From: Acidobacteriaceae bacterium
GTDB lineage: Bacteria > Acidobacteriota > Terriglobia > Terriglobales > Acidobacteriaceae
Reading direction: 5' to 3'
DNA: 28,689 nt
Assembly: GCA_049679565.1 (NCBI GenBank)
Contig: JBAUGH010000332.1
Coordinates: 1-28,689, forward strand
Shown: piece by piece, positions 1 to 8,887 of the stretch
How positions within the stretch are numbered: position 1 is the first letter of the stretch
How the letters are laid out: each line of letters starts with the position of its first letter
Position numbers and translations under genes: made by a program
Notes under the pieces: model-generated
What the model was told of the DNA's origin: nothing
The model's input: the letters and a program-made list of their open reading frames with translations, nothing else
The model's database searches: none

Positions 1-528
1 GCCTTTGAGCTGTTTGGGCATGACGGGTACGAGAACGTCTCGATGGAAGCGATCGCGGCGGCCGCCGGCGTGTCACGGGCGACGCTGTTCAACTACTTCC
101 CCCAAAAGGAGCTGATGCTGCGAGAGATTGCTGCGGCGCGGTCGGCGAAGCTGAAGGCCATCGTGACAGAGTTTGCCGCGAGCGGGGAGACGCCGACGTT
201 CGATGCAGTCACTGCGGTAATTCTGAAAATGGCCGCCGAGAACGCGCGGATCGCGGGGCACTCGAAGACGCTGATTCTCGCGACGCTCTTCCAGCAGGCG
301 TCGGCGGGATTCCTGCTGGCAGCGCGCGAGGAGGCGATCGGAGTCCTGGCGCAGACGATGCGGAAAATGCCAGGACGCCGCAAGCCGGCGCGACTGGCGG
401 CGGAGACGCTGTTCGCCGTGTTCCTTGCCACGATGCTGGAGTGGCTGATCCGGGAGGACGCCCCGGCTGCCTGGCTCACGCAGACGATGCGGGCGCGCCT
501 GCAGGCATTGAAGGAAGGTGTGGCATGA
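1..528 (+). CDS. TetR/AcrR family transcriptional regulator (5' end outside the window)
   Basis: Frame 1 is open from base 1: AFELFGHDGYENVSMEAIAAAAGVSRATLFNYFPQKE is a classic TetR helix-turn-helix. The true start lies upstream of the window. The stop overlaps the next ATG (ATGA, 525-528). Confidence 0.93.
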   Translation, partial: AFELFGHDGYENVSMEAIAAAAGVSRATLFNYFPQKELMLREIAAARSAKLKAIVTEFAASGETPTFDAVTAVILKMAAENARIAGHSKTLILATLFQQASAGFLLAAREEAIGVLAQTMRKMPGRRKPARLAAETLFAVFLATMLEWLIREDAPAAWLTQTMRARLQALKEGVA

Positions 529-1655
529 AGCGACGGCTGACTGTAGCGGGAGTTGCGCTGGCGGTGGCGATTGCCGGAATCTGGTTCGCGTTCGCCTGGT
601 CGGCCCGCCAGCAGCGGAGCGTCTACGCGGGGACGGTCGAGACACGGGAGATCGAGATTGGATCGAAGGTGGGCGGGAGGGTGACCGCCGTTCCGGTCGA
701 GGAAGGCGAATGGGTGCATGCGGGCGCCGTGCTGGTGCGCTTCGAATGTGATGAGCTGAAGGCGCAGCGGATGCAGGCGGAAGCGGCGCTCGAGCAGGCC
801 CGGGCAGATCTGGAGAAAATGCTGCGCGGGAATCGTCCCGAGGAGATTGCGGAGGCCGAAGCAACGGCGCGCGCTGAGCAGGCGGCCTACGAGGAAGCCC
901 GGAATGGGCCGCGCAAGCAGGAGATCGACCAGTCGCGGGCGGACTATGCCGCAGCCCAGGCCGATGCGGCCAATGCTGCGAGCTTCTACACGCGCATGGC
1001 CAGGCTGGTGACCCAGGACATCATTTCGAAGCAACAATTTGACGATGCGCGCGACAAGCGGGATGCGGCCGCGCAGCGGGCGGAGTCGGCGCGGCAGCGG
1101 CTTGCGCTGCTGGAGGCAGGCACGCGCGTGGAGGACCTGCATGCCGCGGAAGCGCGGTACCACCAGGCAGAGGCGGCTGCAGTACTGGCGCGGCGCGGGT
1201 TCCGCAAGGAGGATATCGAAGCCGCGCGCGGTCGTGTGATGCAGGCCCAGGGGCAGGTTGACGAACTCGACGCGCGCTTGCGGGAGGCCGCCCTGACGGC
1301 TCCGGCGGACGCGGTGATGGAGACGGTGAGCGTGCGTCCGGGGGACCTGGTGGCCCCGGGGCGGATCGTGATGACCATGCTCGAGTCTTCGCAACTGTGG
1401 GTAAAGGTCTATATGCCGGAAACCGAGCTAGCGCACGTGCACCTGGGGCAGAAAGCAACCGTGCGGGTGGACAGTTATGCGGGACGCGCCTTCCCGGGCA
1501 GCGTGGAACAGATCGCGTCGGAGGCTGAATTCCTCCCCCGCAACGTGCAGACGAAGAGCGATCGCGAGCATGAGGTGTTCGGCGTAAAGGTGTACGTGGA
1601 CAATGCGGCGCGGGTATTGAAGTCGGGCATGTCCGCGACGGTGCGGTTCGAATGA
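525..1655 (+). CDS. HlyD/YbhG-type periplasmic adaptor (membrane fusion protein) of an ABC exporter
   Basis: ATG 525 follows AAGGAAGG and overlaps the TetR stop. N-terminal TM anchor, lipoyl half-motifs ([28 protein letters not shown]...PGDLV), a long coiled coil, and the C-terminal [14 protein letters not shown] typical of YbhG-like adaptors. Confidence 0.92.
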   Translation: MKRRLTVAGVALAVAIAGIWFAFAWSARQQRSVYAGTVETREIEIGSKVGGRVTAVPVEEGEWVHAGAVLVRFECDELKAQRMQAEAALEQARADLEKMLRGNRPEEIAEAEATARAEQAAYEEARNGPRKQEIDQSRADYAAAQADAANAASFYTRMARLVTQDIISKQQFDDARDKRDAAAQRAESARQRLALLEAGTRVEDLHAAEARYHQAEAAAVLARRGFRKEDIEAARGRVMQAQGQVDELDARLREAALTAPADAVMETVSVRPGDLVAPGRIVMTMLESSQLWVKVYMPETELAHVHLGQKATVRVDSYAGRAFPGSVEQIASEAEFLPRNVQTKSDREHEVFGVKVYVDNAARVLKSGMSATVRFE

Positions 1656-2581
1656 CCACCGTGATTGCAGCCGATCATCTGACGATCCGGTTCGGAACCT
1701 TCACCGCGGTGAGCGACGTGAGCTTCGCGATCGGAAAAGGGGAGCTGTTCGGCTTCCTTGGACCCAACGGGTCGGGGAAGACGACGATCATCAAGGCACT
1801 CTGCGGGCTGCTGCGGCCGAGCGAGGGGACGGGGCGCATTCTCGGCATGGACATCCGCAGGGATGCGGCTGAAATCCGGCGGCATGTGGGATATATGTCG
1901 CAGAAGTTCGGGCTGTACGAGGACCTGACCGTCGCGGAGAACCTGGCTTTCTATGCGGGGGTATATGGGCTGGAGGGAAAACGCGCCGCCCAGCGGACGG
2001 AGCAGGTGCTGGCGCTCACGGGAATTCAGCCGTACCTGAACCGGCGGGTGGCGCAGCTTTCGGGTGGATGGAAACAGAGGCTGGCGCTGGCCTGCGCGAT
2101 CATCCATTCGCCGGAGGTTGTGTTTCTCGACGAGCCGACAGCGGGCATCGATCCGGTCGCGCGCCGGGCGCTGTGGGACCTGCTGTTTCAGCTTTCCGGC
2201 GAGGGCGTGACATTCTTCGTAACCACACACTACATGGATGAGGCCGAGCGCTGCGGGCGGGTGGGTTACATCTATTTGTCGAAGCTGATGGCGCTCGGTT
2301 CGATCGCGGAGTTGCAGCGTTTGCCGGAGGCAAATCCGGAAGGCACCGCGCGAGTCCAGATCGACGTCGAAAATCCGTCCGCGATTCTCGACTCGGTGCG
2401 ACGGATGACAGGTGTCCGCGAGGCGACGATCTTCGGGCATTCCATTCACGCGCTGGCGGAGAAGGACGAACTCGACGGACTGCGGGCGCACTTGCCGCAA
2501 GCGCGCGTAGAGACGATTGAGCCGTCGCTCGAAGATGTTTTTGTCACGCTGACGTACCGAATCATGGAGGCGTCGCGATGA
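1652..2581 (+). CDS. ABC transporter ATP-binding protein (ABC-2/YbhF-like, single NBD)
   Basis: Walker [10 protein letters not shown]-loop YMSQKF, signature LSGGWKQR, Walker B VFLDEPT, H-loop TTHYMDEA, C-terminal [12 protein letters not shown] overlaps at both ends. Confidence 0.96.
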   Translation: MTTVIAADHLTIRFGTFTAVSDVSFAIGKGELFGFLGPNGSGKTTIIKALCGLLRPSEGTGRILGMDIRRDAAEIRRHVGYMSQKFGLYEDLTVAENLAFYAGVYGLEGKRAAQRTEQVLALTGIQPYLNRRVAQLSGGWKQRLALACAIIHSPEVVFLDEPTAGIDPVARRALWDLLFQLSGEGVTFFVTTHYMDEAERCGRVGYIYLSKLMALGSIAELQRLPEANPEGTARVQIDVENPSAILDSVRRMTGVREATIFGHSIHALAEKDELDGLRAHLPQARVETIEPSLEDVFVTLTYRIMEASR

Positions 2582-3717
2582 AGAACCTCCTCCATCGTCT
2601 GCTCGAGGGATCTTTCCGCGGGCTGGTTCCGGTGTGCCGCAAGGAATTCCTGCATGTGACGCGGGACCGCGGCACGCTGTTTTTCGCGCTGGCGCTGCCG
2701 ATGCTGCAGCTCTTCCTGTTCGGCTTCGCGGTGGATACCAACGTGCGGCAGATCCCCACCGTGGTGCTGGACGATTCGCACACCCAGGACAGCCGCGACC
2801 TGCTGCAGCGGTTTGCGGCGTCGGACGTTTTTGCCCTGCGCGGCAGCGTGCAATCGCCGGCCGAACTGGACGAGGCGATTCGCGCGGGGAAGGCCCAGGT
2901 CGGAATTCGGATCCCGTTCGATTACGCGCGGCGGCTGCAGGATGGAACATCCGCAAGCGTGCTGGTGCTGGTGGATGGATCGGATTCGACCGTGGCCGGG
3001 CAGGCGATGAGCGCCTCGACGGGCGTTGCGCTGGAGCAGTCGCTGGCGCGGGTTCTGCCGGACGGGCAAATGCCCATCGATGTACGGCCCTCGGTGCTTT
3101 ACAACCCGGCAACCCGCTCGGCGAACTTTTTTGTGCCGGGGCTGATTGCGATTTTGCTGCAGGTGATGACGATCCTGCTCATCGCGCTCAGCCTCGTGAG
3201 GGAGCGGGAGCGGGGCACGCTGGAGCAGCTGACCATGACCCCGGTGGCGCCTCTGGGGCTGATGGTCGGCAAGATGATCCCCTACGGCGTGCTGGCATTT
3301 CTGGAACTATGCGCCATCCTCGGCGTGATGCGGGTAGTGTTTCTGGTGCCCGTCCATGGCAGCGTCTTGCTGCTCCTGCTGCTCTCCCTGCCCTTTCTGC
3401 TGACCGTGCTGGGCCTGGGCCTGGTGATCTCGACGCGGGCCCACACCCAGGCCGAGGCGTTCCAGCTGGCGATGGGGACGGTCCTGCCTTCGGTATTTCT
3501 GTCCGGATACATCTTTCTCATCCAGAACATGCCCTTGTTTTTCCAGGGCGTGAGCCGGCTGATTCCAGCGACGTATTACATCCGCATCCTGCGCGGCGTT
3601 ATCCTCCGCGGCGCGGGCATAGGCGATCTGTGGGTCGACGCCTTGATTCTGACGTTGATGGGGTGCGCAGCGATCCTGCTCGCGGCGCGGCAATTTGTGC
3701 GGCAAAGCGCGGGATAG
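2578..3717 (+). CDS. ABC-2 type transporter permease (YbhS/YbhR-like)
   Basis: KEFLHVTRD start motif, TM1, a periplasmic domain (LVDGSDS), YNP...[19 protein letters not shown], then five further TM helices. Confidence 0.94.
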   Translation: MKNLLHRLLEGSFRGLVPVCRKEFLHVTRDRGTLFFALALPMLQLFLFGFAVDTNVRQIPTVVLDDSHTQDSRDLLQRFAASDVFALRGSVQSPAELDEAIRAGKAQVGIRIPFDYARRLQDGTSASVLVLVDGSDSTVAGQAMSASTGVALEQSLARVLPDGQMPIDVRPSVLYNPATRSANFFVPGLIAILLQVMTILLIALSLVRERERGTLEQLTMTPVAPLGLMVGKMIPYGVLAFLELCAILGVMRVVFLVPVHGSVLLLLLLSLPFLLTVLGLGLVISTRAHTQAEAFQLAMGTVLPSVFLSGYIFLIQNMPLFFQGVSRLIPATYYIRILRGVILRGAGIGDLWVDALILTLMGCAAILLAARQFVRQSAG

Positions 3718-3888
3718 CGAACACAACACCGTCTTCCGCATATTTCCCTTGCCGGCGTATGGAAGCTGGAACAACGCAGGCACTTTCGGTGTCGAATGTT
3801 TCATACGCCGATCGGGCCAATCCCCGCGGTTGCTTCGCCTTTTCTGTTCCGGCGGCGCAAGGCGCAAAACACGCAGAGAGGTGGCGCG

Positions 3889-5331
3889 GTGCCGCGAGAC
3901 GACGAGCAGCGCCGGGAAGAGGAACTGTCCCGTCCAGGTACGCTGAACCCGAATCCGCCTCATGCGGAACCTCTGCGTCCGGCCGGAACCAGTGCACGCG
4001 GGGCATGGCTCGTTGTGCTGGCAGGGCTGCTGATGGCAGGTGTGGTCGCGCTCCGCCTGCGCCCTTCTATGAGGCTTTCTTCAGAAAAAGTGCTGATCCA
4101 GGGGGCGCTGTGGGTGCTGGCAACGGCCATCGCCGGCACATTTGCCATGGGGATCGCCCGGCTTCTGCTGCGGCCTGAGGGGCGCAGGGCGTTCCGCGTG
4201 GACGCTCTGGAGGCAGGCGCCGCCTGGTTGCTGCTGCCGCCGCTCTGGCTGCTGGCGGCGCGCGAGTCGCCGTGGACGCTGGCGTTCGCCGCGGGCGTGG
4301 CCGCGGTTCTGGCCGTATGCCTCCGCGGCATGATTCCGGCTGAGCCAATCGAAGACGAGCCGATCGGAACCGGACCCCTGTTTGCGGAGCTGCCGGCACC
4401 GGATTCCGGGCGCGGCCAGGCCTTTGCGATTGCGGTGTGCCTGGAGTGTGCGACAGTGCTGGCGCTGCGCCGGCAAGTACTGCCCGCTTCCCTGCTGGCG
4501 GCCCTCGGGTCGTTTGTCTTCGTCTGGAAGCAGCTGACCTCACTGATGCGAGCACGCAGGCAGACCATGACCCGGCCCGCCATCCGGTCGGCAGCGGCGG
4601 CGGTGCTGGCGCTGCTGGTCGTGGTGCCGCTGCTCCTCGTCAGCCTGGCGCGTTGGGGACCGGTGAGCGCCGACGGAGACGCCGTCGCCCAGGCGGCAGA
4701 CAGACAGCGCGACGCCGGCGACCGGGATTCGGTCCGTGATGCGTACCGCGGCATCATCCTGTTAACGGTGCCGAAGAAGGACCTGGAACTCACGACCCCG
4801 CTCGCGCAGAGTCTGCCGCAGAGCGGGAGGAGAAAGCCGCTCCTTATTCCTTTCGACGGAGCGTACTGGTATTTCCAGGCGCCCCATCAGGGCCCGGGCC
4901 CGCACGCCCATGTGGCGCATGGTGATCCGGTGAAGGTCAGCATCTACTCGACAGGATGGATTCCCCTGGCCATGCAAGCGCACCAGACACTGCCGCGGCC
5001 GGTGGAGCTGCGCGGGTGCGCGGCCATGCAGGTAACCGTGCGCAACGGAGACAACCGGCCGGGACAGATCGAGATGGGCGTTCTGCTGACGGATTCGACA
5101 TCGCCGGGGAAGCCATCGTTCTTTTTAGGCATGCAGCCGATCCTCTCCACCCAGCCGAGCCACTTCGCGTTCAAGCCTGAGCCGGTGGAGGAAGACCTGA
5201 CCTTTGCGATTCCGAGCCACGCGGCGCTGCGGCAGTTCGACGAGATCACCGTGTTCTTCTTTCCATCTACCGAGCGGATGACGCTGGGGGCACGAGTGGG
5301 GATCGATCAGTTCGCAATGGAACCTCGATAG
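3889..5331 (+). CDS. Hypothetical multi-pass membrane protein with a C-terminal soluble beta-rich domain
   Basis: Long ORF (track 3796-5331). GTG at 3889 has GAGAGG 7 nt upstream and is the preferred start; ATG 3796 is the alternative. About 7-8 hydrophobic segments are followed by about 200 aa of hydrophilic sequence. No family recognised. Confidence 0.75.
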   Translation: MPRDDEQRREEELSRPGTLNPNPPHAEPLRPAGTSARGAWLVVLAGLLMAGVVALRLRPSMRLSSEKVLIQGALWVLATAIAGTFAMGIARLLLRPEGRRAFRVDALEAGAAWLLLPPLWLLAARESPWTLAFAAGVAAVLAVCLRGMIPAEPIEDEPIGTGPLFAELPAPDSGRGQAFAIAVCLECATVLALRRQVLPASLLAALGSFVFVWKQLTSLMRARRQTMTRPAIRSAAAAVLALLVVVPLLLVSLARWGPVSADGDAVAQAADRQRDAGDRDSVRDAYRGIILLTVPKKDLELTTPLAQSLPQSGRRKPLLIPFDGAYWYFQAPHQGPGPHAHVAHGDPVKVSIYSTGWIPLAMQAHQTLPRPVELRGCAAMQVTVRNGDNRPGQIEMGVLLTDSTSPGKPSFFLGMQPILSTQPSHFAFKPEPVEEDLTFAIPSHAALRQFDEITVFFFPSTERMTLGARVGIDQFAMEPR

Positions 5332-5345
5332 CGCGCGCAACGCGG

Positions 5346-5366
5346 CGCGCCCCACGATCGGGCGCG
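5346..5366. terminator. Hairpin between convergent genes (possible terminator)
   Basis: CGCGCCC-cacgatc-GGGCGCG is a 7-bp stem in the 44-nt gap between convergent stops. There is no U-tract. Confidence 0.3.
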
Positions 5367-5375
5367 GATGATCCC

Positions 5376-6224
5376 TCAGGAACGAGGGCGCCTGGAGCGC
5401 ATGCGCCGCTCCGGCTGTTCGGCGGAGGCGGCCGGCCGTTTGGGGTCCCGGGCCTCAGGCGCAAGCGCCGGAAAGTGGACCGGCGGAAAGCACTCGAAGG
5501 CTGGCCGAGCGAAAAGATATCCCTGAAACAGGCGGATGTTCTGGGCAGAGAGCCAGGCGAACTCCGCTGAGGTTTCCACCCCTTCGGCAATGACGTGGAT
5601 ATGCAGGTCGGCGCAGGCCTGGAGAATGGCCCGGACCAGCGCCTGGCGGGGCGGGTGGCGGTCGATGCCGCGGATGAGGCGCATATCCAGCTTCACCTGA
5701 TCGGGCTCGAGGTCGGCGAGCAGGCTGAGGCTGGCGTAGGCAGCGCCGAAATCGTCGATGGCGAGGCCGATACCAAGGCTGCGGTACTCGCTCAGCAGAC
5801 CGGCGAGACGGGGACGGTCGTCGATCACGTCGGCTTCAGGGACTTCAAGAACGATGCGCTCGATCAGCACCCGAGCTTCGTTGGCGGCCTCGATCGTGGC
5901 CAGCAGCGTGTTGGGGAAAGCGTGGAGGCTGCGCGGCAGAAAGTTAAGATGCAGGGGCCGGTCGATGCCCAGGCGGGCGGCCAGAGCGACCGCCTGCCCA
6001 CGGGCGATCTGATCGAACAGATGGAGCCGGGTGGGGGCGACCTGATTCAGAACCTGCCAGGCAGGCTCGTCCCATGGGCCGCGGATCAGGGCTTCCCACG
6101 CGACGATCGCGCGGGCGGCAGCGTCGGCAATGGGCTGAAAGGCGAAGCTGAACACCGGGTCCGCCGGCAGCAGCGGCTCGGCATTCCTCTGGACTCGATT
6201 CTCATTGTGGAGCGCAGGCGTCAT
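5376..6224 (-). CDS. Stand-alone EAL-domain c-di-GMP phosphodiesterase
   Basis: FAFQPI, WEALIR, LHLNF, VLEVPE, IDDFGAAY, VKLD, AEGVET and FQGYLF are present, so the catalytic residues are retained. Start placed at ATG 6224 because the 100 in-frame codons upstream do not look protein-like. Confidence 0.9.
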   Translation of the reverse strand: MTPALHNENRVQRNAEPLLPADPVFSFAFQPIADAAARAIVAWEALIRGPWDEPAWQVLNQVAPTRLHLFDQIARGQAVALAARLGIDRPLHLNFLPRSLHAFPNTLLATIEAANEARVLIERIVLEVPEADVIDDRPRLAGLLSEYRSLGIGLAIDDFGAAYASLSLLADLEPDQVKLDMRLIRGIDRHPPRQALVRAILQACADLHIHVIAEGVETSAEFAWLSAQNIRLFQGYLFARPAFECFPPVHFPALAPEARDPKRPAASAEQPERRMRSRRPRS

Positions 6225-6575
6225 AGCAGGATGCCGGAATGGACCGTCCGGAATGCGGTACGGGCGCAGCCGCGGGCCGCACGAACTGCGGCTCTTATCA
6301 CCATCTTCGTGTGAGCAGAGGGAACCGGCAACTCCACGAAGGAAGCATGGCCGGGACCCGAGGTGGGACGAAAGGCGAGCCTTGGTTTCCCTCCGATGGT
6401 TATTTTGGTGCCGGATGGAAGGCCGGGCACTGACCAAAACAGGAATCCCCACCCCTGCAACTTCTCTCTTTTTCACGTTTGCCCGCCGCAGCTCCGATAA
6501 CAGCGGCAAAGCCACGTCTCCCACAGAGGAGAAGCTGACGGCGATGCGCGGCCAGGAGCCTTCCGAGGCGGCCGC

Positions 6576-7814
6576 CTAGTCGCCGGCGAGTTCGGCAGAC
6601 GAGTAAAGGTGATCTTCGACCGAGGCTTCGAGGGGACCTTCAGCAAGAGCGGGACGCGGCTCGAGGGGAAAAGAGACAGAGGGTAAAGCGAGGGATTCGT
6701 TGTCGCGGCTTCTCCAGTGACGGAGGAGGCCGCGCACAGGAACCTCGGCGGCCAGCAGAGCGGCGGCAAAAATGGTCCTGAGAAATTCCGGCGGCCCCAC
6801 ACGCCACAGGCGGCTCATGGGGACAACGTCGCCATTCCGGTCGGGGTGGAAGGTGCGGTCATCCCAGCGGCGGCGGCCTTCAGGGTGGTTCGGATAGTCG
6901 GCAATGACGTGCGTAAAGTTCTGGTAGAAACGCCAGGCGAGCGGCTCAGCGTACTGAGGCATGATCAGGACGGTGCTTTCCCGGCCCTTGCGGACCTCAT
7001 CGACGAATTCGGAGAAGCAGGCGGCATTGGTGAGGTTCAGGGAGGCGTTGGGTTCGCAGCCGTGACGGTCGCCACCGGAAAGAATGAGCTGATCCCAGTC
7101 GCGCGCCAGACGGAGGACGCCGCGGTTCTCCTGATGGCTGCGCATGCCGTTGAGTTCGAAGGCATGGAGCCAGGGACTGGCAGCGGCGAGGAAGCGGGTC
7201 AACTCGAAGGAGAAGCGATCGTACCCGATACGAATGAAATTCCAGAGGGGATGGTTGAAGACGATCAGCACCTCGGGCATGCGGTTAAACTCGGCAAAGA
7301 GCGCAAGGATGCGGTCCTCGTCGGCGCTGGCGGTCGCCTCGATCATGGCCGTCATGAGCGAAGGAGCAATCGCCGGCGGCAGGTTGTGAATGCCCATATG
7401 AAAGACAGCCCCGCCCCAGGGGACGGTCCACTCGGTTGAGATGGGGACGTCACCGAGAGAGGGATCGGCGCGCAGCAGGGTGCAGGCGTCGACGGTGTCG
7501 TGATCGGAGAGGGACACCACGGGCCGCAGACCGAGAGCCTCGATCTGGCGAGCTTCCACCTGGTGCGCGAGCCGCTCGCAGAGCGGCGGGGTCCAGTAGG
7601 CGCGGTTGAAATCGAGGGTGATCCCCGAAGTGCAGTTGCAGTAGTCTCTCTGCCGGTCGATCCAGGCGCGCAGGGGCCGATGGCGGTCGAGGAACTGGCC
7701 GATGAAGCCAAGGCTCTCTTTTGAGTGGCGGGTATGACCGTGCAGAGAAACCCCGCTGCGAAAAGGGAGAGCGGCTTCCCTGTCCCTGGACAACAACAAC
7801 AACTGGTTGTGCAC
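6576..7814 (-). CDS. PHP-domain-like metal-dependent phosphoesterase
   Basis: PHP metal-ligand motifs in order: SLHGHT (HxH), LSDHD, STEW, FHMG, FNHP, FELNG, SGGDRHG (DxH). GTG at 7814 has GGAGG just upstream. Confidence 0.8.
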   Translation of the reverse strand: MHNQLLLLSRDREAALPFRSGVSLHGHTRHSKESLGFIGQFLDRHRPLRAWIDRQRDYCNCTSGITLDFNRAYWTPPLCERLAHQVEARQIEALGLRPVVSLSDHDTVDACTLLRADPSLGDVPISTEWTVPWGGAVFHMGIHNLPPAIAPSLMTAMIEATASADEDRILALFAEFNRMPEVLIVFNHPLWNFIRIGYDRFSFELTRFLAAASPWLHAFELNGMRSHQENRGVLRLARDWDQLILSGGDRHGCEPNASLNLTNAACFSEFVDEVRKGRESTVLIMPQYAEPLAWRFYQNFTHVIADYPNHPEGRRRWDDRTFHPDRNGDVVPMSRLWRVGPPEFLRTIFAAALLAAEVPVRGLLRHWRSRDNESLALPSVSFPLEPRPALAEGPLEASVEDHLYSSAELAGD

Positions 7815-7940
7815 CCGGCCTCCGGCGATTGATGGTGACGTCCTGCTCCTCACGCTGCGTGCAAGGTCGCCCTGGCACGCAGATTCCCGGGGGGAAAAGA
7901 AACGAGCAAAAAGCGACTCACTGGTGCCACTAACGTACAG

Positions 7941-7963
7941 TATTCCCGCCCCATTTGGGAATA
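7941..7963. promoter_or_regulatory. Perfect inverted repeat TATTCCC-N9-GGGAATA in a divergent promoter region
   Basis: 7-bp arms at 7941-7947 and 7957-7963, in the AT-richer gap between divergent genes. Confidence 0.35.
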
Positions 7964-8020
7964 AGATTCACGCATTGTTGGATTGACGGATCAGGATGCA
8001 AAGGGGCATCCTAAGAAGGA

Positions 8021-8839
8021 TTGTTTCCCACGGACACTACCTCTCGATGGCTTCTGGGCATGCTGGGGGCCGCGCTGCTGGCGTGCCCGGGCCCTCTCCT
8101 CTCCGCACAAGGCCCCCTTCTCCCTGAACAAAAAGATAACAACACCATGACGATTGCGTCAGAGGGCGGCAGCGGAGCCGCCGGAGACGCGCTGCGGCCG
8201 CTGAGCGCCGCACAAATCGTCGATCGCATGACGGAACAGAACAAGCGCCGCGCCGATGACCTGAAGAGCTACACCGAAGAACGGCATTACACCGTCACCT
8301 ACCACGGCTTCCCGATGAATATGACCGCGAGCCTGGTAGTCGAGGCGACCTACGATGCTCCGGAGACAAAGCATTTTCAGGTTTTGTCGGAAACCGGCTC
8401 AAAACTGCTCGCTGACAAGGTGCTCAGGCGCCTGCTCTCGACCGAAGAGGAAGCCGCGCGGGATCCGGAGAAGACCGCGCTGACTCCGGAGAACTACACC
8501 TTCGCCCTCGTGGATCAGGAGACGCTGAATGGCCGCCGCTGCTACGTGCTCGAGGTAGAGCCGCGGGTGGACTCGAAGTTGCTCTACCGCGGAAGGGTCT
8601 GGGTGGATGCGGAGGACTACGCCGTAGTGAAGATCGACGCCCAGCCTGCGCAGAATCCGTCGTTCTGGATCCGGAAGACGACCATCCATCACGAATACGC
8701 CAAAACCGGGCCGTTCTGGCTGCCGGAGCGGAATCGCAGCGAGACCGAGGTGCGAATGGGCGGATCCGCGGTGTTGTCCATCGATTACGGCATACCGAAG
8801 ACCGAAACTACGCCCACCGATTCCGCAAGAGTCCGCTAG
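8021..8839 (+). CDS. Secreted LolA/MucB(RseB)-like fold protein (outer membrane lipoprotein-sorting protein family)
   Basis: Signal-peptide-like N-terminus, LSAAQIVDRM, and ETLNGRRCYVLEVEP...YRGRVWVDAEDYAVVKI typical of the LolA/MucB-like superfamily. The TTG 8021 start is uncertain. Confidence 0.7.
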   Translation: MFPTDTTSRWLLGMLGAALLACPGPLLSAQGPLLPEQKDNNTMTIASEGGSGAAGDALRPLSAAQIVDRMTEQNKRRADDLKSYTEERHYTVTYHGFPMNMTASLVVEATYDAPETKHFQVLSETGSKLLADKVLRRLLSTEEEAARDPEKTALTPENYTFALVDQETLNGRRCYVLEVEPRVDSKLLYRGRVWVDAEDYAVVKIDAQPAQNPSFWIRKTTIHHEYAKTGPFWLPERNRSETEVRMGGSAVLSIDYGIPKTETTPTDSARVR

Positions 8840-8887
8840 ACGGCCAGCGGCCCGCTCTTCCCGACGCACAGTCTTCACAGAAAACGA

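Noticed and set aside
3768..3793. GGAAC-N16-GTGTC, an ECF-sigma-like promoter before the membrane protein gene
   Set aside because: A single weak match with no second instance to corroborate it.
6325..6352. GAAGGAAGCA resembles SRP RNA helix 8
   Set aside because: The CAGG...TCC-GNRA-GGA geometry and the long flanking helix are absent.
6415..6465. CCGGGCACT...TGCAAC resembles part of a c-di-GMP-II riboswitch
   Set aside because: It is on the wrong strand for the EAL gene and lacks the GGAGY..AGTGCAACC pseudoknot partner.
6225..6524. 100 in-frame codons upstream of the EAL domain (possible BLUF or other sensor domain)
   Set aside because: Arg/Ser/Pro-rich composition with no sensor motifs, so most likely non-coding.
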